This document shows positions 38,153-48,300 of a DNA stretch of 53,644 nucleotides, in pieces. A model generated the notes under the pieces. That model searched no databases, was not told the DNA's origin, and saw nothing but the letters and a program-made list of their open reading frames with translations. The DNA is from an uncultured bacterium (GTDB lineage Bacteria; Desulfobacterota; GWC2-55-46; JAJCZF01): the NCBI GenBank assembly GCA_965372515.1, contig CBDVCO010000003.1:1-53644 (forward strand), given 5' to 3'. Positions within the stretch are counted from its first letter, which is position 1. Every line of letters begins with the position of its first letter. The position numbers and the translations under genes are program-made.

Positions 38153-38569
38153 CTATTCAGGTTTTTTCACAACCAGCACAGGGCATTTAGCCTGACGTAC
38201 AATATAGGTGCTTACACTGCCAAGGAGCGCGTCCTTAACGCTGCCCTTCCCGCGTTTTGCCAGAACCACAAGGTCCGGGGCCTTATTTTCAATGGCCTCC
38301 ATGATCATCTTGCGCGGATCCCCTGTGGCCAGTATCGCATCCACTTCAAGACCCAACTGGGTAACATTCCTGGCGGCCTCGTTCAAGAGGTCATGACACT
38401 CCTTTTGCCACTCTTCGTATACCTCTTCGTTCTCCATGCTGGCATCGAGCGGCTCTTCAGCGACCAGCAAGATCATCATATCGGGATTCTGACCTTTAAA
38501 AAGTTCGAGCGTTTTATTAAGTGCATTTTGCGATCTGTCAGACCCGTCGAAACAGACCAATATCTTCAC
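38153..38569 (-). CDS. Universal stress protein
   Basis: KILVCFDGS, GDP, DLVVLAKRG...LLGSVS...CPVLVV. Confidence 0.93.
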   Translation of the reverse strand: MKILVCFDGSDRSQNALNKTLELFKGQNPDMMILLVAEEPLDASMENEEVYEEWQKECHDLLNEAARNVTQLGLEVDAILATGDPRKMIMEAIENKAPDLVVLAKRGKGSVKDALLGSVSTYIVRQAKCPVLVVKKPE

Positions 38570-38702
38570 AAGGCTATTACCTCCGTTTCTTGAATTAAAG
38601 GAACATTTAGTGCGATCCGGAGTTCTTAAACTACCCTCTTATCACCTCCTCAATATTTATTTTTATAAGAAAGAAATGGATGGATATAAAATAACGAGAT
38701 TT

Positions 38703-38740
38703 GCCGTAATAGATTTTACTTACTTTACGGCTCATTGTCA
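38703..38740 (-). promoter_or_regulatory. sigma70 promoter of usp-narK1 overlapped by an inverted repeat
   Basis: TTGACA-N18-TAAAAT, with GCCGTAA...TTACGGC arms flanking the -10 box. Confidence 0.55.
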
Positions 38741-38833
38741 AGGAGTTACAAGAAGATTAAAATCTGTAAGGATACTGTATACATAACTCTTTCTGTAAAA
38801 GAAGATGGCGAATGGTCTGGGCCCCTCAAAACG

Positions 38834-38863
38834 AAAAAATGGGGCGCCAGGGGCACCCCATTG
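38834..38863 (-). terminator. Intrinsic terminator
   Basis: ATGGGGTGCC-loop-GGCGCCCCAT followed by a T-run on the minus strand. Confidence 0.7.
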
Positions 38864-38864
38864 C

Positions 38865-39200
38865 CTATCTCGGCAGATGGGTAAAGATCACCACAAGCCA
38901 GACGATAAGAAGCATCGCGCCGACATAACCACCGTACCTGGCGGCAAGCCCCTTCTTGACAATAAAGAGCTTGAAGATATGGACCAGCATGCCGACGGCC
39001 CAGCCGAAGATATAAAAGGCGCTCGTCCCCTTGGAAATACTAAAGACCGCGACGATGACGTAGAGCGTAATGGTAAGGTAACCGTTTATACGGTGCACCG
39101 TCCGCTCGGCCCTGCCGCCCCTGCTCTTGACCATGCGAAAACCCGCTATGAAGGCCATGACCGAGAGCATGAAACCGATTGACGCTATGATGGTAAGCAT
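38865..39200 (-). CDS. Small four-TM membrane protein with intramembrane histidines
   Basis: 111 aa with four hydrophobic segments; HRINGY, VHIFK and TH motifs. Confidence 0.7.
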   Translation of the reverse strand: MLTIIASIGFMLSVMAFIAGFRMVKSRGGRAERTVHRINGYLTITLYVIVAVFSISKGTSAFYIFGWAVGMLVHIFKLFIVKKGLAARYGGYVGAMLLIVWLVVIFTHLPR

Positions 39201-39244
39201 CTGAAAAACCCCTTTATTTATATAGTATAGCGCGCCCCAGGGCC

Positions 39245-40105
39245 TTATTCCCCGTACCTGTAATGATAGTAGAGCATGAAGAGCTTTCGCTCGATAAGAT
39301 AGAACATGATAGCGAGATAAACCAGGGCCACCGGGAGTATATAGTAGAGCCTCGGCATGGTGCTGTTGTCCTCTATCACGTTGCCCGAACTCTCGCTCAC
39401 CACTATGGCGTAAGCGTTCTTCAAGGCCCAGTTGCCGGTTACCACATTATCATTGGAACTGGAGAGCGTAATACCGTTCCACTTATTCTTGTTGGCGGCA
39501 TTCTCCACAAGCGTATTCTTATGAGAAGAATGGAGTAGTATTCCGGAGTTGGTATTCGAATTTACCTCGTTGGCCTCCAGGAGGTTCATGTCGCTATAAA
39601 AGAGGTATAGCCCCTGCTCGTTAAGGTTAAGGGTATTCTCCTTTATGACGCATTCGTTAGAATACTCGACATGGAGCCCGTATTTATTGCCCGTAAAAAT
39701 ATTGCTAAAGACCTTTGTTTTGGAGCTCTTTATTATGTGGAGACCGGCAAGAAGAGAGCCCCTGAGCGTAAAGCCTGTGACAACCACGCCGCCGTCGCCA
39801 CCCTTGACATTTAAGACCCTTATTACGTCGTTCCCGGGCTCTACAGGCTCTACAATGGTCCTCTCAGAGCCGTTTCTAGACCTAAGTACTATCGGGGCCT
39901 TTATTACTATATTCTCCTTGTAGAGGCCGTCTGAGACAATCACCGTATCACCCGGGCCGGCCTTGTCAATGGCACCCTGTATAGTGGGATAATCGGCCGG
40001 AACGACAATCTGAGCCGCCTCGGCAGAGCCGGCCACGCTTACGGCAGCCAACAAGACCAGGATAGAGCCAAGAGCGGCTATTTTCTCTCTTAAGATAGTC
40101 AGCAT
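39245..40105 (-). CDS. NosD/CASH-type right-handed beta-helix exported protein with C-terminal membrane anchor
   Basis: Signal peptide, VPADYPTIQGAID..GPGDTV.VSDGLYKEN, repeated N..GI.L..S..N units, C-terminal TM. Confidence 0.85.
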   Translation of the reverse strand: MLTILREKIAALGSILVLLAAVSVAGSAEAAQIVVPADYPTIQGAIDKAGPGDTVIVSDGLYKENIVIKAPIVLRSRNGSERTIVEPVEPGNDVIRVLNVKGGDGGVVVTGFTLRGSLLAGLHIIKSSKTKVFSNIFTGNKYGLHVEYSNECVIKENTLNLNEQGLYLFYSDMNLLEANEVNSNTNSGILLHSSHKNTLVENAANKNKWNGITLSSSNDNVVTGNWALKNAYAIVVSESSGNVIEDNSTMPRLYYILPVALVYLAIMFYLIERKLFMLYYHYRYGE

Positions 40106-40130
40106 CGAATGATTCTATCAATAAAAAGGC

Positions 40131-40194
40131 AAAAAAATCCAGGCAAAAGGATACGGGTTTAAAGCCCTGATATCGATCCGTCTTGCCTGGATTT
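40131..40194 (-). terminator. Intrinsic terminator after the DUF2769-like gene
   Basis: AAATCCAGGCAA...TTGCCTGGATTT long stem with a T-run on the minus strand. Confidence 0.7.
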
Positions 40195-40234
40195 ATAGCG
40201 TTTGCCTCAATTAAGCCGGCCCGCCGACATAGTC

Positions 40235-40546
40235 CTACTCGTGGCCGCCCCCTACTTCAGTTTTCATAGCCTGGCAAACCTGGGAGCATCTTGTGCAGTA
40301 AAAGGTATGAGAGAGTTCATACTCAGCATAAATTGGACATGTACTGCATACACAGTCCTTCTCAAACTTGATATTAGCGCTCGTGCCTATGGGCGGGTAG
40401 CAGTAGCCGGTTTGAGCGTCGCCCTCCACATATGTAGGACAGCCGGTGCACTTACAACTCTCGGCTACATATTTCTCCTTGGCGTGAAACTCATCCTCTG
40501 TCATATCTTCAACGCCGAAATTATCGAACTCAGATACCTTGACCAT
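40235..40546 (-). CDS. Cys-rich DUF2769-like protein
   Basis: CKCTGCPTY...YC...G.S...CVCSTCPIY.EY.L...YC, plus an extra CSQVC; 10 Cys in 103 aa. Confidence 0.8.
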   Translation of the reverse strand: MVKVSEFDNFGVEDMTEDEFHAKEKYVAESCKCTGCPTYVEGDAQTGYCYPPIGTSANIKFEKDCVCSTCPIYAEYELSHTFYCTRCSQVCQAMKTEVGGGHE

Positions 40547-40723
40547 AAGAGCCCCCCTTTTTAGGCTTGTCTATCGATTGAACTTCTAAATGGCCGTTCA
40601 AACTAATAGACGGCCCCTGGCGTATGCATCTCCGGAGTATTTTTCCGGATGGGTATTTTGTTTGGAGATAACCTAATTATAGCAGAGATTTAGAGGCTGG
40701 CAACTAATTTGAATAATTTAAAC

Positions 40724-40758
40724 AAAAAAAAGAGAGGGGGCGTTTAGCCCCCTCTCTT
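40724..40758 (-). terminator. Intrinsic terminator at the end of the nar operon
   Basis: GAGAGGGGGC-loop-GCCCCCTCTC followed by T8 on the minus strand. Confidence 0.88.
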
Positions 40759-40824
40759 CTATAGATTGTTACGTAACTGCGAATCTAAGGCGGGTAGTCT
40801 CACCCCGCCATAAAAAGGAGCTTG

Positions 40825-42435
40825 TTACGGGTTCTTTGGATCAGCCCCCGGCCTCAGGTATACTATATAGTTCAGCACAAAGCATACCAGGTAGTAGGCG
40901 GCAAAGCCGTATAGCGCCTTCTTAGGCGTGGCGGCCTTGATCTGCTCACCGAAGACCTTGGGGAAGATGAACGCGCCGTATGCCGCGATCGCCGACGTAA
41001 ACCCGAGGACCGGCCCTGCCTGTTCTTCATTAAAGACCAGGGCGATCGTTCGGAAGGTCGATCCGTTTCCTATGCCCGTCCCTGCGAAGAGGATCAGGAA
41101 GAGGATGAAGAACGGTACGAAGTGTATCTCCGGGTTGGGTATTAAGTATGCCTTCTCCATGTAGACCGATACACCTAGAGCCGAGGCTATCATTATCGCG
41201 GTGATTATCTGCGTAACGAGCGCTCCGCCGAGCTTATCCGAGACGTAGCCTCCAATCGGACGGATGAGGGCGCCTATGAAGGGGCCCATCCAGGCGTACT
41301 GCAGCGCGCTCGGTCCACCCGGGTTCGGGGTGTTGTGTGTCATCACGCCGTCCACCAGGATGTGCTGGAAGCCGAAGACGACCTTGATCGTAAGCGGGAA
41401 GCTCGCCGCGTATCCAATGAAGCTACCGAATGTCATGATATAGATAACGGTCATGACCCATGTGTGGTAGTTGTTGAATATCTTGAACTGGCGCTTGAGG
41501 TTCTCCTTGATGCCGCTCGGAGTCACGAACCTCATGAGCGCGAGACTGCCGATAGCGCCTATGGCGACGGCGAACCACTTATTGATGACGCCGATGCCTA
41601 TTGGCGGCGGCAGCAGGAGGTAGAGCGCTATGCCCGCGCAGATGAAGCCGAGGATCAGCAGATAGGCTATCTTTCCGAAGCTTCCTATCGGCCCGCTGAT
41701 ATCCGGGCTTACGGCGGGGATCTTCAGGTTGTTCATGCCGAACCAGCCCGCGAAGGCCAGGGGTACGAGCCAGAGCATCCAGACCCACCCCGCGTTTGAT
41801 AACCAGGTCTCGCTTCCCGCGGGGATCTTGCCGATGAGCGTTCCGCTCGTCTGTACGAGCGTCATGGACTCTCCGCTAAGAGGACCGAGGAGCGCGAAGG
41901 TCATGCACAGAGGAATCAGCACCTGCATCGTCGTAACGCCGAAGTTGCCGAGACCGGCGTTCAGGCCGAGTGAAAGGCCCTGCACCCTCTTCGGGAAGAA
42001 GAAGCTTATGTTGCTCATTGAGGAGGCGAAGTTACCGCCGCCGAAGCCGGAGAGGAAAGCAAATATCTGGAAGACTATAAGCGGTGTTGTTTTGCTCTGA
42101 AGCGCGATGGCCGCGCCTGTCGCCGGCAGCATCAATAGAGCCGTAGTAAAGAAGATAGTATTTCGTCCCCCCGCGATCCTGACAAAGAAGGTGCTGGGCA
42201 CCCTGAGTGTCGCGCCTGTCAGGCCCGCTATGGCCGCCAGGGTAAATAGCTGCGGTTTTGTAAACGGGAAATCGAGGTTGATCATCTGAACACCGATGAT
42301 GCCCCACATGAGCCATACGGCGAACCCTACCAGGAGGCTCGGGATCGATATCCAGAGGTTCCTGTTTGCGACGCGCTTTCCGGTAGAGTTCCAGAAAGCG
42401 TCGTCTTCAACTCGCCAATCTGTAATATCTGACAT
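40825..42435 (-). CDS. narK: Nitrate/nitrite antiporter (NarK2/NarU-like)
   Basis: WRVEDDAFW...ANRNLWISIP, GFGGGNFASSMSNISFFFPK, TFGSFIG, GIGNGSTF. Confidence 0.94.
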   Translation of the reverse strand: MSDITDWRVEDDAFWNSTGKRVANRNLWISIPSLLVGFAVWLMWGIIGVQMINLDFPFTKPQLFTLAAIAGLTGATLRVPSTFFVRIAGGRNTIFFTTALLMLPATGAAIALQSKTTPLIVFQIFAFLSGFGGGNFASSMSNISFFFPKRVQGLSLGLNAGLGNFGVTTMQVLIPLCMTFALLGPLSGESMTLVQTSGTLIGKIPAGSETWLSNAGWVWMLWLVPLAFAGWFGMNNLKIPAVSPDISGPIGSFGKIAYLLILGFICAGIALYLLLPPPIGIGVINKWFAVAIGAIGSLALMRFVTPSGIKENLKRQFKIFNNYHTWVMTVIYIMTFGSFIGYAASFPLTIKVVFGFQHILVDGVMTHNTPNPGGPSALQYAWMGPFIGALIRPIGGYVSDKLGGALVTQIITAIMIASALGVSVYMEKAYLIPNPEIHFVPFFILFLILFAGTGIGNGSTFRTIALVFNEEQAGPVLGFTSAIAAYGAFIFPKVFGEQIKAATPKKALYGFAAYYLVCFVLNYIVYLRPGADPKNP

Positions 42436-42492
42436 GGTTGTTTTCCTTTTTTTGGTTTGTTTTTATTCGCCTGCGTCTAGTGATTCTTCTAA

Positions 42493-42519
42493 AGGGGGCG
42501 GACCCTTGTCCGCCCCCTG
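42493..42519. other. Intercistronic hairpin between narI and narK
   Basis: AGGGGGCGGAC-loop-GTCCGCCCCCT. Confidence 0.6.
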
Positions 42520-42538
42520 AGAGATAAATAAACAGGTG

Positions 42539-43246
42539 TTACTTGAACTGCCTGATGGCCTCTGTCTTCTCATTCCTGTTGTACCACCTGACCAGCTGAT
42601 AGGACCTGAAGAGATACTTGATCGGGTTCCAGAAAGCCAGGAAGTGAACGAAACGGGTAAAAGGAATGAAGGCGATGAAGATCATTGCGTTAAATACATG
42701 GATCTTCGTCACCAGAGGCAGATTCGCGATATATGAAGCATCGGCGCGGAATGTGATCACCGACCAGATCCACGGCACTGCCGTCGCGGCGTACCAGTTG
42801 GAACCCCATTTGTAGAGTATGGCGTTGCCAAGTCCGGTTACGACCTGAATGATGAGTATTATGAGCACCAGCACGTCCCAGGAACTCGTTACAACCCTTA
42901 CCCTGGTATTCGACAGCCTTCTGTATATAAGGGCCAGAAGACCGAAGAGCGCCGCGAATCCGAGTATGAGCCCGATGAGCTCAAAGGCGTAGAGCCTGCC
43001 CGGTGCTGCGTTCCATGCGAGCATTGCCCTCGGAAAGATTGCCACAAGTATATGTGCCAGGAGTATCAGTATGATGCCATAGTGCCAGGGCACCGAGCCG
43101 TAGAAGAGCGTCTTGTTCTCGAGGAACTCAGACGACTGGCTGGACCATGAAAACTTGTTGGACACGAATCTGTAAATCGTACCGAATATGCCGATGGTAA
43201 TCAGCACGTACGGTAACTGTCCAAAGAGTACGTTATCCCAGTTCAT
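42539..43246 (-). CDS. narI: Nitrate reductase gamma subunit (cytochrome b anchor)
   Basis: PY, WSSQSSEFL, WHYGII...AH, HV, PFTRFVH: four heme-ligating His. Confidence 0.94.
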   Translation of the reverse strand: MNWDNVLFGQLPYVLITIGIFGTIYRFVSNKFSWSSQSSEFLENKTLFYGSVPWHYGIILILLAHILVAIFPRAMLAWNAAPGRLYAFELIGLILGFAALFGLLALIYRRLSNTRVRVVTSSWDVLVLIILIIQVVTGLGNAILYKWGSNWYAATAVPWIWSVITFRADASYIANLPLVTKIHVFNAMIFIAFIPFTRFVHFLAFWNPIKYLFRSYQLVRWYNRNEKTEAIRQFK

Positions 43247-43321
43247 TTTTTTTAACCTCCTTATAAGTCTGTATACCGCTTTTACACCCTGAAGACCTTA
43301 GACTCTATCTCAATAAACTTT

Positions 43322-43876
43322 TTAAGCCGCTTTCTTTACGTCGGTATCAATTACCAGAAGCAGGGCCTTTATGATGTTGCCGTAGACATTCTCCTTATGA
43401 GCGTCAAAACCCTTAGAGAGTTTCTCCAGCGCCTTTATCACCATGTTCTCCCGAAAATCCTTTTTAAGCTCCTGGTCATCGAGATCGGCCAGGAACCTTA
43501 ATATGACCGTTAGATTGTCGGGAAGCTCGCCCTTTGAATACCTGTCGTAAGGAAAGCCGTTTGCCTTATACATCTCCTTTATTGAAACAAGCACGTTCGA
43601 CCTCTTAAAACCGTCGAAAAGGTGAAACGCAAGGTCCAGCGTGTGGTCAGCGGACAGTTCAAATGTGTAGGAGTATATCCCTTCGATGTCGTCAAGCGGC
43701 AGTTTGGAGACCTCTTTGGCAAAAACCTCTATCTCCTTGACCGCCTCTTTTGAATATTCAGGGTCGTTGCTGAGTGCTTTTACGCACTCAGCAACGACAT
43801 CCTTTATATCCTCTTTGGGATAAGACAAAAGAGAAGCGAAGAGTTTGTATATCTTTTCTTCTCCATTGTTCTCCAT
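43322..43876 (-). CDS. narJ: Nitrate reductase assembly chaperone
   Basis: LLSYP, Y..TFE, ELPDNL..IL.FL; located between narH and narI. Confidence 0.88.
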   Translation of the reverse strand: MENNGEEKIYKLFASLLSYPKEDIKDVVAECVKALSNDPEYSKEAVKEIEVFAKEVSKLPLDDIEGIYSYTFELSADHTLDLAFHLFDGFKRSNVLVSIKEMYKANGFPYDRYSKGELPDNLTVILRFLADLDDQELKKDFRENMVIKALEKLSKGFDAHKENVYGNIIKALLLVIDTDVKKAA

Positions 43877-45399
43877 TACCACTGCCTACCGATGAGTTCC
43901 TTCTTCTTAGAACCAAAGCCGACCAGACCCCTCTTCTCGTACATCTGCCTCGGGTCGACCGTGCTCTTGATCTCGCGATGAGTCTCCGGAATCACGAAGC
44001 GCTCTTCGAAGGTCGCAAGCGATGTAAGCCTGTAGATGTCCTCGCAGTCGGTCTCGGTAAGACCTACTTCGCCGAGCACACTCTTGACTTTGGCTTCTCC
44101 TACGTCACCCACGCGCTGCTGGCGGGTGTACATCCTCACGGCCATCTGCTTCTTCAGAGATTCGAGAACGAGAGCCTCATTTCCACCGCTAATAAGATTA
44201 GCCATGAACTTTAAGGGAATCCTCATCCTCTCAACATCGCAGAAGAAGTCATTTGTCTCGGGATCGTATGTACCGCCCTCATCACCCTTTGACTGATGAA
44301 GTATCGGGGAAAGCGGCGGTATGTAGAAGTTCATCGGAACCGTCCTGAACTCAGGGTGGTGCGGCAGCGCTATCCTCCACTTTTTAAAGAGGTTATACGC
44401 GGGTGACTTCTGGGCCGCAACAATCCAGTTCTCTTCAACTCCGTTCTTGATCGCACCCTCTATGACCTTGGGATCATTGGGGTCGAGGATAATATCCCTC
44501 ATAGCCTCTACAATGCGGTCATCGGGATTCTTGGCCACTTCCTCGATCCTGTCCGCGTCGTAGAAGATGACCCCGACCGTCCTGATCCTGCCTGTGCACG
44601 CGTGCGCGCAGGCGTTGGCCTGTCCGGTCTCTGTCCTCGGGTAGCAGAAGATGCACTTTTCGCTCTTACCCGTGTCCCAGTTGTAGTACGGCTTCTTGAA
44701 GGGACACGCGCTTACGCAGAACCTCCAGGCGCGGCAGGTGTCCTGGTCTATCAGGACTATGCCGTCTTCGCCCCTCTTGTAGATCGCACCCGAAGGACAC
44801 GATGCGACACAGCCGGGATTCAGGCAGTGGTTGCATATCCTCGGGAAATAGAAATAGAAGAGTTTGTGGAACTTGGTAAGCGCCTCTTTCTGCGACGCGC
44901 TGAGCCCCTTCCAGTTGGGGTCGTTGGCCGCGTAGAGAGGCGAGCCGCCCATGTCGTCGTCCCAGTTCGGACCAAGGACTATCTTATCCATGAACTCGCC
45001 CGTGATGAGCGACTTCGGACGCGCTACCGGCTGATCGTCTCCGGCAGGCGCGTTGAAAAGAGTGTCGTAGTCGAATGTGAACGGCTCGTAGTAGTCATCG
45101 ATGGTCGGGAGATTCGGCTGGAAGAATATATTGGCCAGCGTCCTCAACTTTCCCGGACCCTTCAGGAGCTTTAGCCTTAAGGCGCCTGAGCCGGTAAGCT
45201 CCCAGCCACCCCTGTAGCGATCCTGATCTTCCCAGGTAAGCGGGTAACCGGCGCCGGGCTTCGTCTCCACGTTGTTCCACCACATGTATTCCGCACCTTG
45301 ACGGGTCGTCCATACGTTCTTGCAGGCTACGCTGCAGGTATGGCAACCAATGCACTTGTCAAGGTTGAACTGCATTGATAGTTGCGCTCTAACGTCCAT
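43876..45399 (-). CDS. narH: Nitrate reductase / nitrite oxidoreductase beta (Fe-S) subunit
   Basis: MDVRAQ, CIGCHTCSVAC, CNHCLNPGCVASC, CRAWRFCVSAC, CIFCYPR. Confidence 0.96.
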   Translation of the reverse strand: MDVRAQLSMQFNLDKCIGCHTCSVACKNVWTTRQGAEYMWWNNVETKPGAGYPLTWEDQDRYRGGWELTGSGALRLKLLKGPGKLRTLANIFFQPNLPTIDDYYEPFTFDYDTLFNAPAGDDQPVARPKSLITGEFMDKIVLGPNWDDDMGGSPLYAANDPNWKGLSASQKEALTKFHKLFYFYFPRICNHCLNPGCVASCPSGAIYKRGEDGIVLIDQDTCRAWRFCVSACPFKKPYYNWDTGKSEKCIFCYPRTETGQANACAHACTGRIRTVGVIFYDADRIEEVAKNPDDRIVEAMRDIILDPNDPKVIEGAIKNGVEENWIVAAQKSPAYNLFKKWRIALPHHPEFRTVPMNFYIPPLSPILHQSKGDEGGTYDPETNDFFCDVERMRIPLKFMANLISGGNEALVLESLKKQMAVRMYTRQQRVGDVGEAKVKSVLGEVGLTETDCEDIYRLTSLATFEERFVIPETHREIKSTVDPRQMYEKRGLVGFGSKKKELIGRQW

Positions 45400-48300
45400 T
45401 ACCACTTCACCTCCTGGTTTTTCATCTTCCTGACGAGTACTGTTGTGTCTCTGATGATCGGAATCGGTCCCCAACCGTTAAACGAGTAGGAGAGCTGTCC
45501 GTATCCACCGGCCATGAGGGTCGGTTTGAGACGCTGCCTCGTAAGGCTGTTATGGAATCCACCCCTGATCTTATTCCTCTGCTCCGCCTTCGGTACGTTA
45601 ACCGTCCTCTCCTGGGAGTGGTAGGCAAAGGCGACGCCCGACGGGATCCTCGCGCTGACGATCGCTCTACAGCAGAAGATACCGTTGTCGTTGTAGGCCT
45701 CGACCCAGTCGTTGTCCCTGATGCCGACACTCTCGGCGTCACGGTCGTTGACCCAGATGGAGTTACCTCCCCTTGAAAGGGTGAGCATCCTCAGGTTGTC
45801 ATAGTGAGTGGAGTGGATCTGCCACTTACCATGAGGGGTGATGTAGTTGCACTCTATGGCGCCGCTACGGTCGCTCTTCTCGATCTCGTTCATCTTCTTG
45901 GGATCGAGTTTGTACTTGTGGGTCATGAGACCTTCACCGAAATCGAGGAACATCGGATGGTCCAAGTAGTAGTGCTGGCGTCCGGTCAGCGTCCTCCACG
46001 GGAGCCTGTAGTCTATCTGCATGGAATATGCAGTGTAGGGCCTGCCTCCCCTGGTGTCCCCTGTCCACAGCGGGCTCGCCAGAACCCTCCTTGGCTGGGC
46101 CATTATGTCATCGTAGGTCATGCGGGTAGCCCTGGTGGGTCCGCCGATCTCATCGGCCAGGCCGTGCCAGTGTTTGTCTTTCGGAAGATGGTCTTCACCG
46201 AGGATCCTCACGCTCTCGGTCTTGCACTGCTCGTAACCAGCGCCTTCGAGACCCGTGTGGTGCTCCTCTATCTTCCACTGCTCGTACTGGACCTCTCCGT
46301 TGGTAACGCCTGAGAAGAACATCTCGACATTGATCGCCTCTTTGGCCGTCTCAAGCGAGATATAGGTGTCGCCGTCAAAGGAGTGAGTCATCGTATGCTT
46401 CTTGTTGATGTACTCCTCGTAGTAAGGTCCACCGTCGACCATGATGCCGTGGAAACCGTACTTGCCCCTCATGAGAGGACCAAAACTTCTCCAGCGGTTG
46501 GCGATGTTCGGATAGTCCCTGGTGATGACAGAGAGGCTCGGAGCGGTGACGCCCGGAATAAGTTCGCAGTCGCCCTTCTTCCAGTCCTCTATGCCGTTTA
46601 GCGCCGGCTGTGTTATCTCGCCGGGGCTGTCATGCTGAAGCGGACACGAGACGACGTCCTTCGATGCGGGCAGATGCTTCTTGGCCGTCTCGGAGAACTT
46701 CTCAGTCAGGAACTTGAATGCATCCCAGTCGCTCTTGGCTTCCCAGTTCGGCGGTACAGCCGCGCCCATCGGGTGTATGAACGAGTGGAGGTCGGTGGTG
46801 TTGACGTCCTCTTTCTCGTACCAGTGGGCCGCCGGGAGAACTATATCGGCGTATGTCGGTGTGGTGTTCATGCGCATGTTGAGGTCGGTGATGAGGTCGA
46901 TCTTGCCAAGCGGAGACTCTCTGTAGTTGAGCTCCTTAAGGAACGGTTTGGCGACCTCGTCGGCGCCGACGTTATTGTGGGTACCGAGGAGGAACTTGAA
47001 GAAGTACTCCTGGCCCCTGGCGCTTGAACCCAGCGCGTTGGCTCTCCAGATCATCCAGACCCTCGGCCAGTTCTCAGGCGCGTCCGGGTCTTCGATGGCG
47101 AACTGGAGTGCGCCGCTCTTGAGTTGCTTTACGGTATAATCGACTATCTCGGCGTCCGTGGTAGCACCCGCCTTCACGGCCTCATCGGCCAGAGCGATAC
47201 TGCTCTTGTTGAACTGCGGATACCACGGCAGCGCTCCCATCCTGACGGCCCTGACATTGTAGTCGGCCGTATGCTCGTAGTCGAGCTTTTCCGGATCGGG
47301 TACCGGAACGTAGTCGGTTATAGCTGAATCGTATTTGAACTGCTGGGTATGGATGTACCAGTAGCTCGGGGTGTTCTGCAGTCTCGGCGGCCTTGCCCAG
47401 TCGAGACCGAGTGCTATCTGGCCCCATGAGTCGAAGGCTGCGAGTTTTTCCTGGCCGACGTAGTGGTTCATGCCGCCGCCGTTACGCCCTATGCAACCGC
47501 AGAGCATCAGCGCGCCGGTAAAGGCCCTGTAGATCAGGTCAGCGTGATACCAGTGGTTGATCGAGGCGCCGACTATGACCTGGCTTCTGCCCTTGGTCAC
47601 TTCAGCGTTGTTGGCCCACTCCCTTGCCATCTGGATGATGGTGTCGCGGCCTATGCCGGAGTACTTCTCCTGCCATGCAGGACTGAAGCTCTTGTCATCA
47701 TCGTAGCTTGAGGCGAAATCGCCTGAAAGCCCGGCGCGTGCTACGCCGCAATGAGACATCTGCATGTCGAAGAGGGTCGTAACCGGGATCTTACCGCCTA
47801 CGGTCTCTACGTACTTAACGGGAACCTGCCTCTTGTAGACTTCGCCAGCGTCCAGTTCGTAGAAGTTGACCTCAACCGCCTCATCCATACAGTCGATGAA
47901 TGTGAGAAGCGGATCGATCTGCTTACCGGTCTTCTCTTCGTTATTGAGGGTATTCCACTTACCGTGGCTCTCATCCTTCTTGGGATACCTGAAGCCCATA
48001 CCGCCGTTTACGATAACGGGCTTATCGGTCTCGGGATCCCACATCGCGAACTTCCACTCCGGATTGTCGGTGTCGGCATACTCTGCGAGATCGCACGCCT
48101 TTAGGAGCCTGCCCATCTCGTTTCCGTTCTTACCCTGCTCGAACTTTACAAGATGGGGAAGATCGGTATATGCCTTCTGGTACTCGACAAAGTACGGTAC
48201 CTGCCTGTCGACGTAGAACTCTTTAAGAATGACATGGTTTATCGCCATCCAGACAGCGCCGTCGGAACCAGTCTTGACCGGTACCCAGAGGTCCGCGTAC

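Noticed and set aside
39245-40105. Nitrous oxide reductase (nos) cluster
   Set aside because: No nosZ, nosF, nosY or nosL in the window, and the protein is shorter than true NosD.
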